This document shows, piece after piece, positions 28,901-39,809 of a DNA stretch of 64,000 nucleotides. Source of the stretch: Candidatus Marinacidobacterales bacterium (lineage in GTDB: Bacteria > Acidobacteriota > Vicinamibacteria > Marinacidobacterales > DATDRI01); contig OZ245365.1 in assembly GCA_965226495.1 (NCBI GenBank), positions 6,144,001 to 6,208,000 of the forward strand, given 5' to 3'. A program made the translations under genes and the position numbers. The notes under the pieces are model-generated. The model had not been told where the DNA came from and searched no databases. It saw only the letters and a program-made list of their open reading frames with translations. How positions within the stretch are numbered: position 1 is the stretch's first letter; each line of letters opens with the position of its first letter.

Positions 28901-30310
28901 ATGGTGACTTCCGCCCCGCCGAGAACCGTAGAGTACGAGCCCAAGTCGGATTGGACGAAGCAAGAGATTCTCGAGACGACCCGCGCGTTAGGGGTTCGAT
29001 TTATGAGGCTCCAGTTCACCGACATTCTTGGCGTGAACAAGAACGTGGAGGTCCCCTTTCAGCAATTCGAAAAGGCCCTCGATGGCGAGATAGCGTTCGA
29101 CGGTTCGTCGATCGAAGGCTTCGTGCGCATCGAGGAGTCGGACATGGTGTTGCGTCCGGATCTCCGGACCTTCCGAGTCCTCCCTTTTTCGGGTACCAGC
29201 GCGTCCTCCAATAGGGCCGATTCGTTAGATGGGTCTACCAATCGAGTGGCCCGTCTCATTTGCGACATCTACCACCCCGATGGCACTCCGTTCGAGGGTT
29301 GTCCCCGCCTGGCGTTGCAAAGAGTGACCGAGGAGGCCAAGGCCTTGGGTTTCACAATGATGGCGGGGCCGGAAGCCGAGTTCTTCCTATTTCAGAGAGG
29401 GGCGAATGGTCCCACCACCGAGTCGCATGATGCGGGGAGCTACTTCGACCTCACTCCCGTTGACCGGGGTGAGGATGCGCGGCGGGACATCGTGAACGCT
29501 CTCGAAGCGACCGGTTTCGAGGTCGAGGCCGCCCATCACGAGGTGGCTCCTGCCCAGCACGAGATCGATTTTAAGTATGCCGACGCTCTTACGACTGCCG
29601 ACAATATCGCTACGTTTCGCTTCATTGTGAGACATGTGGCCCTCGAGCATGGGCTCCACGCGACCTTCATGCCCAAGCCGATTTTCGGAATCAATGGCTC
29701 CGGCATGCATACCCACCAGTCGCTGTTCACTGGGGCGGAAAATGCCTTCTACGACCCACATGGGGAGCACGGGCTTTCCGACACGGCACTCCACTACATC
29801 GGCGGCATCCTTCGTCACGCGCGAGGTTTTTGCGCCATCACCAACCCGTTAGTCAATTCATACAAACGGCTGGTTCCGGGCTTCGAAGCGCCCACCAACG
29901 TGGCTTGGTCTATGCGCAACCGAAGCCCATTGGTGAGGGTCCCCGAGAAACGGGGGTCGAGCACCCGCATCGAGGTGCGCATGCCGGATCCTTCGGCGAA
30001 TCCGTATCTAGCGTTGGCGGCGATGTTGAAGTCCGGGTTGGACGGGATCAAGAACAAGATCGACCCCGGCCCCCCGGTGAACAAGAACATATACAACATG
30101 AGTCATCGAGAGAGGCGTCGGTTAAAGATCGACGAGCTGCCCGGTGATCTCCGAGAGGCGGTGGACGCCCTCGAGAAGGACAAGGTCGTTCAGGAAGCAT
30201 TGACTCCCCACATCCTGACCAACTTCATCGACGCCAAACGGGCGGAGTGGCACGACTACATTGCCCAAGTCCATGAGTGGGAGTTGGACCGTTACTTGTC
30301 CGTGTATTAG
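28901..30310 (+). CDS. glnA: Glutamine synthetase type I
   Basis: FDGSSIEG, GPEAEFF, HHEVAPAQHEI, FMPKP, NGSGMHTH, SYKRLVPGFEAP, RIEVRMPD; AAGGAG RBS. Confidence 0.97.
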   Translation: MVTSAPPRTVEYEPKSDWTKQEILETTRALGVRFMRLQFTDILGVNKNVEVPFQQFEKALDGEIAFDGSSIEGFVRIEESDMVLRPDLRTFRVLPFSGTSASSNRADSLDGSTNRVARLICDIYHPDGTPFEGCPRLALQRVTEEAKALGFTMMAGPEAEFFLFQRGANGPTTESHDAGSYFDLTPVDRGEDARRDIVNALEATGFEVEAAHHEVAPAQHEIDFKYADALTTADNIATFRFIVRHVALEHGLHATFMPKPIFGINGSGMHTHQSLFTGAENAFYDPHGEHGLSDTALHYIGGILRHARGFCAITNPLVNSYKRLVPGFEAPTNVAWSMRNRSPLVRVPEKRGSSTRIEVRMPDPSANPYLALAAMLKSGLDGIKNKIDPGPPVNKNIYNMSHRERRRLKIDELPGDLREAVDALEKDKVVQEALTPHILTNFIDAKRAEWHDYIAQVHEWELDRYLSVY

Positions 30311-30330
30311 AAGACTCTTAGTCCTTTAAT

Positions 30331-30366
30331 CCCTCTCCCTTCTAGGGAGAGGGCCTGGGTGAGGGC
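30331..30366. repeat. CCCTCTCCC/GGGAGAGGG palindromic REP-like element (copy 1)
   Basis: CCCTCTCCC-TTCTA-GGGAGAGGG-CCT-GGGTGAGGGC between convergent genes; related copy at 40289. Confidence 0.6.
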
Positions 30367-30386
30367 AAGAGACTCTTCGCCTTCGA

Positions 30387-30935
30387 TTACTCGACCACCA
30401 TGCTGACGAACAAGATGCGCCCTTGTCGGTCTATCTGAAGCACGACCGGATCCCCGGATCGGAGCCTCGCGAGAGACGCCCGCAACTCGGACAGGGTGGC
30501 AACCGATAGGCGATTTACCGCTTGGATCACATCGCCGGGCAGTAAACCGCTATCTTGGAAAGACACGGTCTCGACGGACCGGGCGGCCACGACGACACCC
30601 GATCGCCTTCGCAGACGAGGAAGTTTAGAGGCGAGCGCCCGCTCGTAGTCGACTCCGAGGATCCCGAGCTCGTCGACCAGATTTCGATCGGGGTGAACCA
30701 TGTCACGGAATCGGTCCGGATCATCAGGACGCTCAACGACTTTGACTTCGAAATCGGTAACCTCCGCCCCACGCTGTACGCGAAGGGTGATGCTTTCTCC
30801 GACGGTTCGCCGATAGAGGTTGACCTGGAACTGGCGTCCGTTCTCCATCGCCTTGCCATCGAGCGTCAAGACGACGTCTCCTATTTCGAGGCCCGCATCG
30901 GCTCCCGGTCCCCCGGGGTAGACATCGCCCAAGAT
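30387..30935 (-). pseudogene. C-terminal tandem-PDZ fragment of an HtrA/DegP-like protease (N-terminus missing)
   Basis: DVYPGGPGADAGLEIGDVVL and GLLPGDVIQAVN PDZ motifs. In-frame stop just upstream and no protease domain. Confidence 0.7.
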
Positions 30936-32076
30936 AGATCTTCAAGAGGCGCGCGAATACGACCGGGAGACGTTGCGGCTGGATATCCTGAACAACACGG
31001 CCTTTGCCTACCTCAATGTCCTGCGGGCAAAGACCATCGAGCGAATTCGAAAAAACAATCTTGACGTAACCCGATCCAACCTCGAGCTCGCCAAAGTACG
31101 AGAGACCATAGGGTTTTCTGGGCCGGCGGAAGTCTATCGTTGGGAGAGCCAGTTAGCGACCGATCAGAGCGCGGTCATTGCGGCCGCGGCGGCGCGAAAC
31201 GTGCCCCCACTATTGCGGAGTTGGCGGTGAATCAACTCTTGAATCGGCCCTTGGAGGAGCCTTTCCTAACCGAAGAGATCGGCTTGGAAGATCCTTCATT
31301 GGACTACATTGAGACCGAGATCAAACTTTACCTGTCGAATATGTGGTACTTCGACATCTTCCGGGATTTCATGTCGCAGTTGAGCTCCTTGCTGGCACCG
31401 GAGCTTCGCGCTTTCGACGCTGCGATTTCGGCACAGCAGAGAAGTCTAACCGCCTCCGGACGCGCTTTCTTCGTCCCCGAGATCTTGTTTCAAGGTGAGC
31501 TGGCGCGGACGTTTCTCGGCGGGACAGGGAGCAGTGGGCTGGGCATCTTGGAAGGGTTGATACCGCCCGATGCCGATATTTCTGGACCGGACCAGACCAA
31601 TTGGAGCTTAGCCCTCGATATCTCGTTGCCACTTTTCACCAGCGGCCGACGTCTGGCGGTCAAGAGTCAGGATTTCGAGCTGTTGTCGGAGCTGAAGCTA
31701 GACCGCGAGCTCACGAGCCAACGTATCCGAGCAGCGCGTTCGTTCGGCGCTTCACACCGCCGGTGCCTCCTACGCCGGTATCGGTCTGGCCCAGGATGCT
31801 GCTACGGCGGCGGGGCGAAACCTGGAACTCGTTACCGACTCTTACTCCCGCGGTGTCGTCTCTATCCTGGATTTGTTGGATGCCCAGAACGCCTCCTTGT
31901 CGGCTGACGAGGACGCGGCGAATGCAATCTACGACTTTCTCATCGATTTCTTGGAGGTTGAACGCTCGGTAGGCAAGTTCTACATGCTGGCGACGCCACA
32001 AGAGCGGCAAAATTTTCTCGATCGTGCCGACACTTTCTATAGAGAGAGGGGAGCCGTACCGGCGAAACGGCCATAA
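30931..32076 (+). pseudogene. TolC-family outer membrane factor, 5'-truncated with frameshifts (~31200, ~31727)
   Basis: AYLNVLRA...NLELAKVR; NQLLNRP; SLPLFTSG; NLELVTDSYSRGVVSILDLLDAQN, spread over shifted frames upstream of the MFP/RND genes. Confidence 0.78.
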
Positions 32077-32092
32077 CGATTTGTAAGGTGGA

Positions 32093-33199
32093 ATGATGCA
32101 ACAGCAGCGAAGGAACATAGCCGTGTTTGTGCTTTTGGCCGGGGCATTCTTGTCCTGTCGAGGTCGCGAGGAGCCACCACCGCCGCCGCTCCGACCGGTG
32201 CGCTACCACGAGGTTTCGTCTAGCAGCGGCCAACGGGTGCGCACGTTTTCCGGGGTGGCCCGAGCCAACGTGGAATCCAATCTCAGCTTCCGAGTATCAG
32301 GCAACGTTCAGCGACGGCTGGTCGAGGTCGGCGACCGCGTAGAGAGGGGACAGCTTATTGCGGAGCTCGATCCGACGGATTTCGAGCTTCACGTCGAGGA
32401 AGCTCAAGCCGCCTTGCTGCAAGCGCAAGCGCAAGCCCGCCGTGTGGAAGCTGACTACGAACGTGTGCGAGGCCTCTACGAGAACCGGAACGCTGCAAGG
32501 AGTGACCTCGATGCGTCGCGAGCCGCAGCCGAGTCGGCGCGGGCTCAAATCGATGCTGCGGTGCAAAGGTTGGAGCAGGCGCGCTCCCAACTTTCCTACA
32601 CGCGTCTGCGCGCGCCCCTGGGTGGTTCCATCGCCGCCGTGGACATCGAGGTAAACGAGAACGTCCGAGCGGGCCAAAAGGTAACGATGTTGACCTCGGG
32701 TTCCCGGCCGGAGGTGGAGATTGCGGTTCCGGAGACGTTGATCGGTGAGTTTCGAGTGGGAAGCGACGTCGACGTGAGTTTCGATGCGTTGGGTGAGAGG
32801 GAGTTCCCGGCGATGATCACCAAAGTCGGCGTTGCCGCGGTCGGCGTCGCCACCACCTTCCCCGTGACCGTTCAGCTTCTCGAGGCGACACCGGACGTCC
32901 GTTCCGGGATGGCCGCCGATGTAAATTTCACGTTCGGTACCGAGGACGGGGGGGGGCGCTTCCTCGTTCCGGCCCACGCGGTGGCGGAAGATCGAGAGGG
33001 TCGGTTCGTCTTCGTTGTGGAGTCTACCGAGGCGGGGCGCGGCAAGGTTCATCGACGAGCGGTCACCGTCGGCCAGTTAACCGGTCAGGGCCTGGAGGTC
33101 TTAGACGGAGTCTCGGTCGGTGATCTGGTCGTCACCGCCGGGGTGAGTCAGATCCAGGACGGTCTCGAAGTGAAGCTCGAGGAAGAGAGTCCTAAATGA
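32093..33199 (+). CDS. RND membrane fusion protein (lipoprotein)
   Basis: FLSC lipobox-like, LSFRVSG, VGDRVERGQLIAELD, YTRLRAP. Confidence 0.93.
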   Translation: MMQQQRRNIAVFVLLAGAFLSCRGREEPPPPPLRPVRYHEVSSSSGQRVRTFSGVARANVESNLSFRVSGNVQRRLVEVGDRVERGQLIAELDPTDFELHVEEAQAALLQAQAQARRVEADYERVRGLYENRNAARSDLDASRAAAESARAQIDAAVQRLEQARSQLSYTRLRAPLGGSIAAVDIEVNENVRAGQKVTMLTSGSRPEVEIAVPETLIGEFRVGSDVDVSFDALGEREFPAMITKVGVAAVGVATTFPVTVQLLEATPDVRSGMAADVNFTFGTEDGGGRFLVPAHAVAEDREGRFVFVVESTEAGRGKVHRRAVTVGQLTGQGLEVLDGVSVGDLVVTAGVSQIQDGLEVKLEEESPK

Positions 33200-36100
33200 G
33201 CATTACCCGCGTCGCGATCGAGAAGAGCCGGGTCACCGCGGTCGCGCTCGCTGTCATCTTGTTCGTCGGGATCGGCTCGTTCCTGAACGCTCCGCGAGCG
33301 GAGGATCCGGGCTTCGTCATCCGGGCGGCGCGGGTGATGACCTACTTTCCGGGAGCCAGTCCGCAGCGAGTCGAGCAGCTCATCACCGACAAGCTGGAAA
33401 AGACCATTCAAGAGATGCCGGAAGTAGATTTTATTTCCAGCGAGTCCAAGACCGGCGTTTCGATCATCATGGTTAACATCTTGGAGAGCTATAAGAACAT
33501 GCGTCCCATTTGGGACAAGCTGCGCCGAAAAGTCGAAGACGCGAAGTCGGAGCTACCGGAGGGTGTGATCGGACCAACCGTCAACGACGAGTTCGGCGAT
33601 GTATTTGGGACCATCGTTACCATCACCGGTGAGGGGTACTCGTACGCGGAGCTCAAAGACACTGCGGATGACCTGCGCGATGAGCTGCTGCTGATCGAAG
33701 AAGTCGCGAAAGTGGAGATCTACGGTGCTCAGGAAGAACGCATCTTCGTCGAGTACAACAACGCTCGGCTCGCCGAGCTTGGGCTCTCCGCGTTTCAGCT
33801 CCAACAGATCCTGCAGAGTCAGAACATTATTTTCCCCGGCGGGGAGGTCACGACCGAATACGAAAAGATCGTTCTCGAGCCCACCGGCAACCTCGAGTCT
33901 GTGGAGCAGCTAAGAAGCACCATCATCCGGCCACCGGGACGCGACGAGCTGGTTTATCTCGGAGACCTCGCCAACGTCTACCGGGGCTATATCGATCCGC
34001 CGGCCACCAAGATGACGGCGCGTGGACATCCGAGCCTGGGACTCGCCATAAGCCTTCGCGAAGGAGGCAACATCACTGTACTGGGTGACAAGGTCCAACG
34101 ACTTCTCACCTACCTACAGGGTGTCTATCCGTACGGACTGGATTTCGACATTCTATACCTACAATCGTTCTACGTAGACCGCAAGGTCGATGACTTCGTG
34201 GGGAACCTCCTTCAAGCCGTCGTGCTGGTCTTGGCGGTGATGCTGGTAAGCCTCGGATTGCGGACCGGTTTGGTGGTCGCAGCGCTCGTACCCATGGCGA
34301 TGATCATGGCGCTTCTGGTTATGTCCTTCTTCGATATCGGGCTCGACCAGATGTCTCTGGCAGCTCTCATCATTGCTCTCGGGATGTTGGTCGATAACGC
34401 GATCGTCATGTCGGAGTCGATCATGGTGCAGATGTCGGCGGGGAAAAAATCGGTAGACGCTGCCATCGACTCGGCTCGCGAGCTTCAGATCCCTCTCCTT
34501 ACCTCTTCACTGACGACCGCAGCGGCGTTTCTCCCCATTTACCTGGCAGAGTCGAACGTCGGTGAGTACACTGCGCCGCTTTTCAAGGTGGTGTCGATCA
34601 CGCTTCTTTGCTCCTGGCTCCTTGCCCTCACCATGACGCCTTTGCTCTGCGTGCATTTTCTCAAGGTCAAGCAAAACCCGGAAGCGACGACCTACGACAC
34701 ACCTTTTTATGACCGATACCGCGGCCTTCTCTTGCTCGGCCTGCGTCACAGAATTCCGTCTCTTGGAATTACGCTAGTGGTCTTTGCGCTCGCGATTTAC
34801 GGCTTGGGTTTTGTGCCCAACATTTTCTTTCCTTCTAATGACAAGGAGATCATGACCGCGGAGCTCGCCTTGCCGGTGGGAAGTCCCATCGAGCGGACGG
34901 AGGCGGTGGTGCGGGAAATCGATGAGTTCATTCGATCCGAGCTCGCCGCCAGAGGAGACCGGCCCGAGGGTGTCACCACCTGGGCCTCGTTCATAGGGGA
35001 AGGAGCGCCGCGCTTCATGCTCCCTTACAACCCAGAGCCGAGAAAGTCCGAGTATGCCTATTTGGTAATCGTCGCCACGTCGCAAGAAATCATTTTGGAG
35101 GAGCTGATACCGAAGCTCGAGTCCTTCACGCAAGCACGTTTTCCCGACCTGCGGGCGACCGTCGATTTGCTTCCGATGGGGCCGTCGGCCAAGGCTCCGG
35201 TGGAGGTCCGCGTCATTGGGAGGGAAGAGGATGTCGTCTTCCAACTCACGGACACGGTCAAAGCGGAGGTGATGAGTCTTCCGGGCACCAAGAACATTCG
35301 GGATGACTGGGGACTCCGGACGAAGAAGCTGATCGTCAACGTCGTCCAACCGCGGGCGCAGCGGGCAGGCCTTACCAACATGGACGTCGCGCTATCTTTG
35401 CAAACGGTTCTGACCGGCTACGAGACCACCCAGTTTCGAGAAGATGACAAGCTCATTCCGGTAACCTTGCGCTCGGTCGCGGCCCAGAGGGACGACATCG
35501 GAAAGCTAGAAAGCCACAACATCTTTTCCCAATCAACGGGACAAACGGTGCCCCTGAAGCAAGTGGCGGATGTCGAGGTGGTGTGGCAGCCGGCGGTTAT
35601 CTTCAGAAGAGATCGGTTGAAGACGGTAACGGTACGGGCCGATGTCGAGTTGGGGGTGAGCCCCGTCGAAGTGGCCTTCGTCTTGGACGATTGGTTGCGA
35701 GAGCAGAGTGCAACGTGGCCGCTAGGCTACCGATACGAGCTCGGCGGAGAGTTAGAGAACTCTCAGAAGGGAAATGAGTCTATTGGAGAGAAGCTCCCCA
35801 TCGCGGGTTTCATCATTGTGATGTTGCTCGTCGCACAGTTCAACTCCGTTCGACGCCCTCTCATTATTCTGGCGACGATCCCCCTCGGGCTCATTGGAGT
35901 TACGGTGGGCTTGCTGGTCATGGATTCCTACTTCGGCTTCATGACCCTGCTCGGTATCATTTCGTTAGCGGGAATCGTCATCAACAACGCCATCGTCCTC
36001 ATCGATCGAATCAAGACAGAGATTGAAGAGAACGGGTTGGAACCTACCCGAGCGGTAATCGAGGCCGCCCAGCGGAGGCTACGTCCCATTCTTCTCACGA

Positions 36101-36297
36101 CGGCGACCACGGTTGGAGGCCTGATTCCTCTGTATCTTGGTGGCGGACCGATGTGGCAGCCGATGACTATTGCCATCATGTTTGGGCTCGTTTTCTCGAC
36201 CATCCTGACGCTGGGCATCGTGCCGATTCTTTATTCTCTGCTTTTTCGGGTGAGCTACCGCGGATTCAACTACCTACCGATGATGACTGGTGATTAG
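33196..36297 (+). CDS. RND efflux transporter permease
   Basis: 1033 aa, FPGASPQRVE, GMLVDNAIV, RRLRPILLTT. Confidence 0.95.
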   Translation: MSITRVAIEKSRVTAVALAVILFVGIGSFLNAPRAEDPGFVIRAARVMTYFPGASPQRVEQLITDKLEKTIQEMPEVDFISSESKTGVSIIMVNILESYKNMRPIWDKLRRKVEDAKSELPEGVIGPTVNDEFGDVFGTIVTITGEGYSYAELKDTADDLRDELLLIEEVAKVEIYGAQEERIFVEYNNARLAELGLSAFQLQQILQSQNIIFPGGEVTTEYEKIVLEPTGNLESVEQLRSTIIRPPGRDELVYLGDLANVYRGYIDPPATKMTARGHPSLGLAISLREGGNITVLGDKVQRLLTYLQGVYPYGLDFDILYLQSFYVDRKVDDFVGNLLQAVVLVLAVMLVSLGLRTGLVVAALVPMAMIMALLVMSFFDIGLDQMSLAALIIALGMLVDNAIVMSESIMVQMSAGKKSVDAAIDSARELQIPLLTSSLTTAAAFLPIYLAESNVGEYTAPLFKVVSITLLCSWLLALTMTPLLCVHFLKVKQNPEATTYDTPFYDRYRGLLLLGLRHRIPSLGITLVVFALAIYGLGFVPNIFFPSNDKEIMTAELALPVGSPIERTEAVVREIDEFIRSELAARGDRPEGVTTWASFIGEGAPRFMLPYNPEPRKSEYAYLVIVATSQEIILEELIPKLESFTQARFPDLRATVDLLPMGPSAKAPVEVRVIGREEDVVFQLTDTVKAEVMSLPGTKNIRDDWGLRTKKLIVNVVQPRAQRAGLTNMDVALSLQTVLTGYETTQFREDDKLIPVTLRSVAAQRDDIGKLESHNIFSQSTGQTVPLKQVADVEVVWQPAVIFRRDRLKTVTVRADVELGVSPVEVAFVLDDWLREQSATWPLGYRYELGGELENSQKGNESIGEKLPIAGFIIVMLLVAQFNSVRRPLIILATIPLGLIGVTVGLLVMDSYFGFMTLLGIISLAGIVINNAIVLIDRIKTEIEENGLEPTRAVIEAAQRRLRPILLTTATTVGGLIPLYLGGGPMWQPMTIAIMFGLVFSTILTLGIVPILYSLLFRVSYRGFNYLPMMTGD

Positions 36298-36324
36298 ACC
36301 AATCATGCCAAGATCAAACTGAAC

Positions 36325-37017
36325 ATGTCGCACATACGATCTGCGTGGAACGTCCTTCGAGAAGGACGTTTTTCGAGCCTCTTGTTCTCCATGCTGCTCT
36401 TGTTGTTGTTGCAGCCCTTCTTCTACAATTTCGAGTTCGGCAACAAGTTGTTGAGGGCTTTCTTTCTTCTGACCTTGTTGACCGCGCTCTATAGCATCAG
36501 TGACAACAAAAAGAGGTTAACCATTGGATTGATCTTGGCCTTCGTTGCTCTATCGGCGATCGGATCCTCTTACGTGATAGAGCAAAAGGGATTGCTCGAG
36601 GTGGGGGTTCTGGTCTTCATGTCCTTCCTCACGTTCATTGCCGTCACCATCTTGCGGCACGTTCTCAAAGCCCGGGAAGTCACTGCAGACGTCGTGTATG
36701 GCGCCCTCTGCGTCTATCTCTTGATCGGATTCATCTGGGCCTCGGCCTACTTCGTTTTGGAGGTTTACCTACCAGGCTCGTTCGAGTTGGATGGGGTCGC
36801 TTTGACCACAAAAGCGGAGTCGCTGGAAGCCATGCTTTCCAAGTGCCTCTACTTCAGCTACGTCACCTTGACCACGCTTGGCTACGGCGATGTAAAGCCC
36901 ATCAATCCGCCCGCGCAGTCGCTTGCCTACGTGGAGGCTCTCACCGGCCAGCTGTATTTGGCCGTATTGGTGGCGCGCCTAGTGGCGCTACAGATCATCC
37001 ACTCCATGCGGAAGTAG
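36325..37017 (+). CDS. Potassium channel family protein
   Basis: Selectivity filter TLTTLGYGD; several TM helices. Confidence 0.88.
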   Translation: MSHIRSAWNVLREGRFSSLLFSMLLLLLLQPFFYNFEFGNKLLRAFFLLTLLTALYSISDNKKRLTIGLILAFVALSAIGSSYVIEQKGLLEVGVLVFMSFLTFIAVTILRHVLKAREVTADVVYGALCVYLLIGFIWASAYFVLEVYLPGSFELDGVALTTKAESLEAMLSKCLYFSYVTLTTLGYGDVKPINPPAQSLAYVEALTGQLYLAVLVARLVALQIIHSMRK

Positions 37018-37039
37018 GTTCTGTTCGGACCGGGGAAGG

Positions 37040-37990
37040 CTATCGCGGTCTTCCCGGTGCACCCGACCGGCCCGTCTTTCCCGGCCGGCCCATCAGGCCC
37101 CGGGAGGGCGACACTGGGCTCCGGTTCATCGTTCTCGGGGTCGAGCCTGTGAAGCGGCGCCCGCCGGTTGAGGGCGACACGGCACCACCTCGCGAAGGAG
37201 CGCGGCGAGTGGCCGCGACAGGGTTCGTTGCGCGCCCTCCGGAACGGCGGACGGGCCGACCGGCCTTGCTGCCCCTTCCGCGATGATGCGTCAACTTGTT
37301 GCGGCCGTGGATGTTTCCGCCGCGATGCCCCCTGTGATTACTGACACCGCGAAGGGAGCCATAGGGGTAACCCCCTCCGTAACCGTAGCGACCATAAAAG
37401 CCGGGATAGACATACGGGTAGAACGGGATTCCTTCGGGAGCCGCATCGGCGTATGCGGGCTCGGGCGCGGCGACCACGTCTCGGCTCCGATCCCGAGGAG
37501 GACCACTGTAGCCTGGAAAGAACTGCCGTTTGCCCCCGGCGCGGACCAAAAACTGCAGGAATGCCTCGCTGGCCCCAGCCGCCTTGAGCGCTAGCAAGTC
37601 GTTGGCGGAAAGATCGTAGCGACCCCGTTTCCCCCGCACGAAGGTTTGGATGGTTGCCTCCGAAATCCCGGCCTGAAGGAGCTCGAGCACGTCGGAGACG
37701 GGTAGAACGGTTTCGGACGATCTGCTGAGCCCGCGATTGATTTGCTCTACCGTGATGCCCTCGAGATCCTCTGTTCCCAGCGCGTCGAGAGGTACCGAGT
37801 AGAGCCGACCGTCCTCACTTTTGAGAAACAGCTGACCCCTTTCCTGCCAGACCTCCTCCATTCGCGTCTCCGGAAGTCCGGAGATCTTGATTTGGGCGGC
37901 GGCAAGCCCAGAAAAGACGTGGAAGATCAAGAAGGCCATGAAGGCTTGTAAAACCAATCTGTTGGCTCGCACGATAGCCATCGGAGACAC
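37040..37990 (-). CDS. Exported hypothetical protein with helical LxxAG(I/A)SE repeats, Y/G-rich segment and R/G-rich tail
   Basis: Signal peptide; LLQAGISE and LKAAGASE repeats; low-complexity C-terminus. Confidence 0.6.
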   Translation of the reverse strand: MSPMAIVRANRLVLQAFMAFLIFHVFSGLAAAQIKISGLPETRMEEVWQERGQLFLKSEDGRLYSVPLDALGTEDLEGITVEQINRGLSRSSETVLPVSDVLELLQAGISEATIQTFVRGKRGRYDLSANDLLALKAAGASEAFLQFLVRAGGKRQFFPGYSGPPRDRSRDVVAAPEPAYADAAPEGIPFYPYVYPGFYGRYGYGGGYPYGSLRGVSNHRGHRGGNIHGRNKLTHHRGRGSKAGRPVRRSGGRATNPVAATRRAPSRGGAVSPSTGGRRFTGSTPRTMNRSPVSPSRGLMGRPGKTGRSGAPGRPR

Positions 37991-38061
37991 CCTCGCTTGG
38001 TGGGTTCTACCGGGAGTTTATGCCGGCCGGCGCGTGGCCGCAACCATATACTCCAGTCCTA

Positions 38062-39809
38062 CTAGGGGACGTCTCGGGACTGTATGTTTCTAATCGCTTC
38101 CTCGGCGTATTGCCGCGTGCGCCCCTTTTCCTTGTTTCGAATCTGCTCCAACAAGGACATGCTCGAGCTGCCGGCGAGGCGGCCCAAAGCCTCGATCGCA
38201 TTGAGTCGGACCAACTCGTAGGGGTCGTTGACTCGTCGCTCCAGTAGGGGCAGGGCGTCTTGGCCCCCCGATTCGCCTATCGCGAACAGGGCGCAAGCGC
38301 GGACCCATCTAGAACGATCACTGGCGAGCTCGTAGAGCACTTGAAGCGGATCCTTGGAAGGCAGTTGATAGAGCGAGCCTCCGTGCTCAGCCGTCACCTG
38401 CAGGTTGGTGTGCTCGAAGAGTGGCTGCACGCCTCCCAACACCGATTGGTCGACCCGGACCTCGAGCGCTTCGATAGCACTCGCCCGGACGTAAGGCTCA
38501 GGGTGAATGAGGTTACTCAAAATGAGACGCATTCCTTTTCGGTCACCGAACGTGAGGCGAAGCACCTCCAGCGCATTCTGCTTGGCTTGCTGCACCCGCT
38601 TGGCAAGCGAGTCGGAGAGCAACACTAGGCCCGGGGTCTGCGGAAGCTGGCTCAGCTTTTCCTGGCGGACGAGGTCGTAATAGGCTTCCTCTGCCTCCAG
38701 CGAGAGGATATGAATGAGTGCTTGTCGGGCGCGGGGAGTGCCGATCTGTCCGAGCGTCTTGGTCACGAACTGGCGGACTTCGACGGTCGAACCCCACAGC
38801 GCCATGATGAGAGGATCCACCGCGGCCTCTCCGCAGGACTGGAGGGCACGGGCCGCGAGATGGCGCGTAGAGCCATCTCCTTCCTCGAGACATTGCAAGA
38901 GCATGTCGATGGCCTCGCGCCGCCCGGCCTGGGCCAGCCCCGTTGAGAGCCGCGTAAAAAGCGGTCAAGGACTCGGGATTGACGACCCCCTGCGCATCGG
39001 TGAACTGCAGGCTCGCCGCTTTACCCATCAGAAAGTCCAGGATCTGCGCCAGGAGCGCGAACAGCAGTGCGGAGATGGACAGGTTTCGTAGGAGGCTGGA
39101 GCTTAGCGAGATCCGAAGATCGGAACGGAGTTGGCTCCAGATCTCACGAACACGAAAACGACCCGGCACGGCAGGTCGTTGAAGTCGATCGCGGTAATGG
39201 CGGGCTACCAAATGGGTCGGGAGCCATCGTAATGGCGGGCTACCAAATGGGTCGGGAGCCCGCCGCCAGCAAGATGGCGGCCGTGAGGAGCAAAGTCTCG
39301 GTGGAGATCCAACGAGGAAGAAACGAGGCGGCGGCGGACGCGGTGAGTCCACCCGCCAGGCTGAAGCCCAGTAAGATGGGAAAAATCCGCTTGGCTTGAC
39401 GGAGGTCGCAAATCTCACCGGCGATCAACCAAAACTGCAGGAAGATGAGGCCTTTCATCAAATAACAAAGTAGGTACAGGCCTCGATAGACGACGTCGGG
39501 GGCGCGGGGACCCAGGTTGTGGAGTGCCGCCAGCGCGGCGGCGAAGAAGAACAAGGTAAAGGTGAAAAGGCGGACGCGGTCCACCCGATCGATGACGGGG
39601 ATCACGAACAATCCGACGGTAACAAGAAGGAGGGCGCTACCGATGTAGACCTGCGGCAAAACCTCTGGTCCCAGATTGGCAAGCAGCAGCGAAGTGGAAC
39701 CGATATCGAACAGCGCGTGGGAGGCGGCGACGACGAAGTGAAGCGCACCCAACAATAGAAGAGGCCGCGTATCGCCCTTCAGGATGTTGAGGACCTTACG
39801 TAGTTTCAA
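38062..39809 (-). pseudogene. NTT/TLC-like MFS transporter fused to HEAT repeats; disrupted (35-bp duplication, frameshift, internal deletion near 38940)
   Basis: N-part QFWLIAGEICDLRQAKRIFPIL is typical of Npt1/Npt2-like MFS proteins. C-part HEAT repeats VRASAIEAL, VRACALFAIG, VRLNAIEALG. The middle is missing. Confidence 0.7.
39194..39260. repeat. Direct duplication of 32 bp (35-bp period)
   Basis: GTAATGGCGGGCTACCAAATGGGTCGGGAGCC at 39194-39225 and 39229-39260. Confidence 0.9.

Noticed and set aside
12222-39260. Genome decay or programmed frameshifting as a general explanation for the broken genes
   Set aside because: Most breaks are single-base differences in short runs or local duplications typical of long-read consensus error, while neighbouring long genes are intact. 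This cannot be settled without reads.
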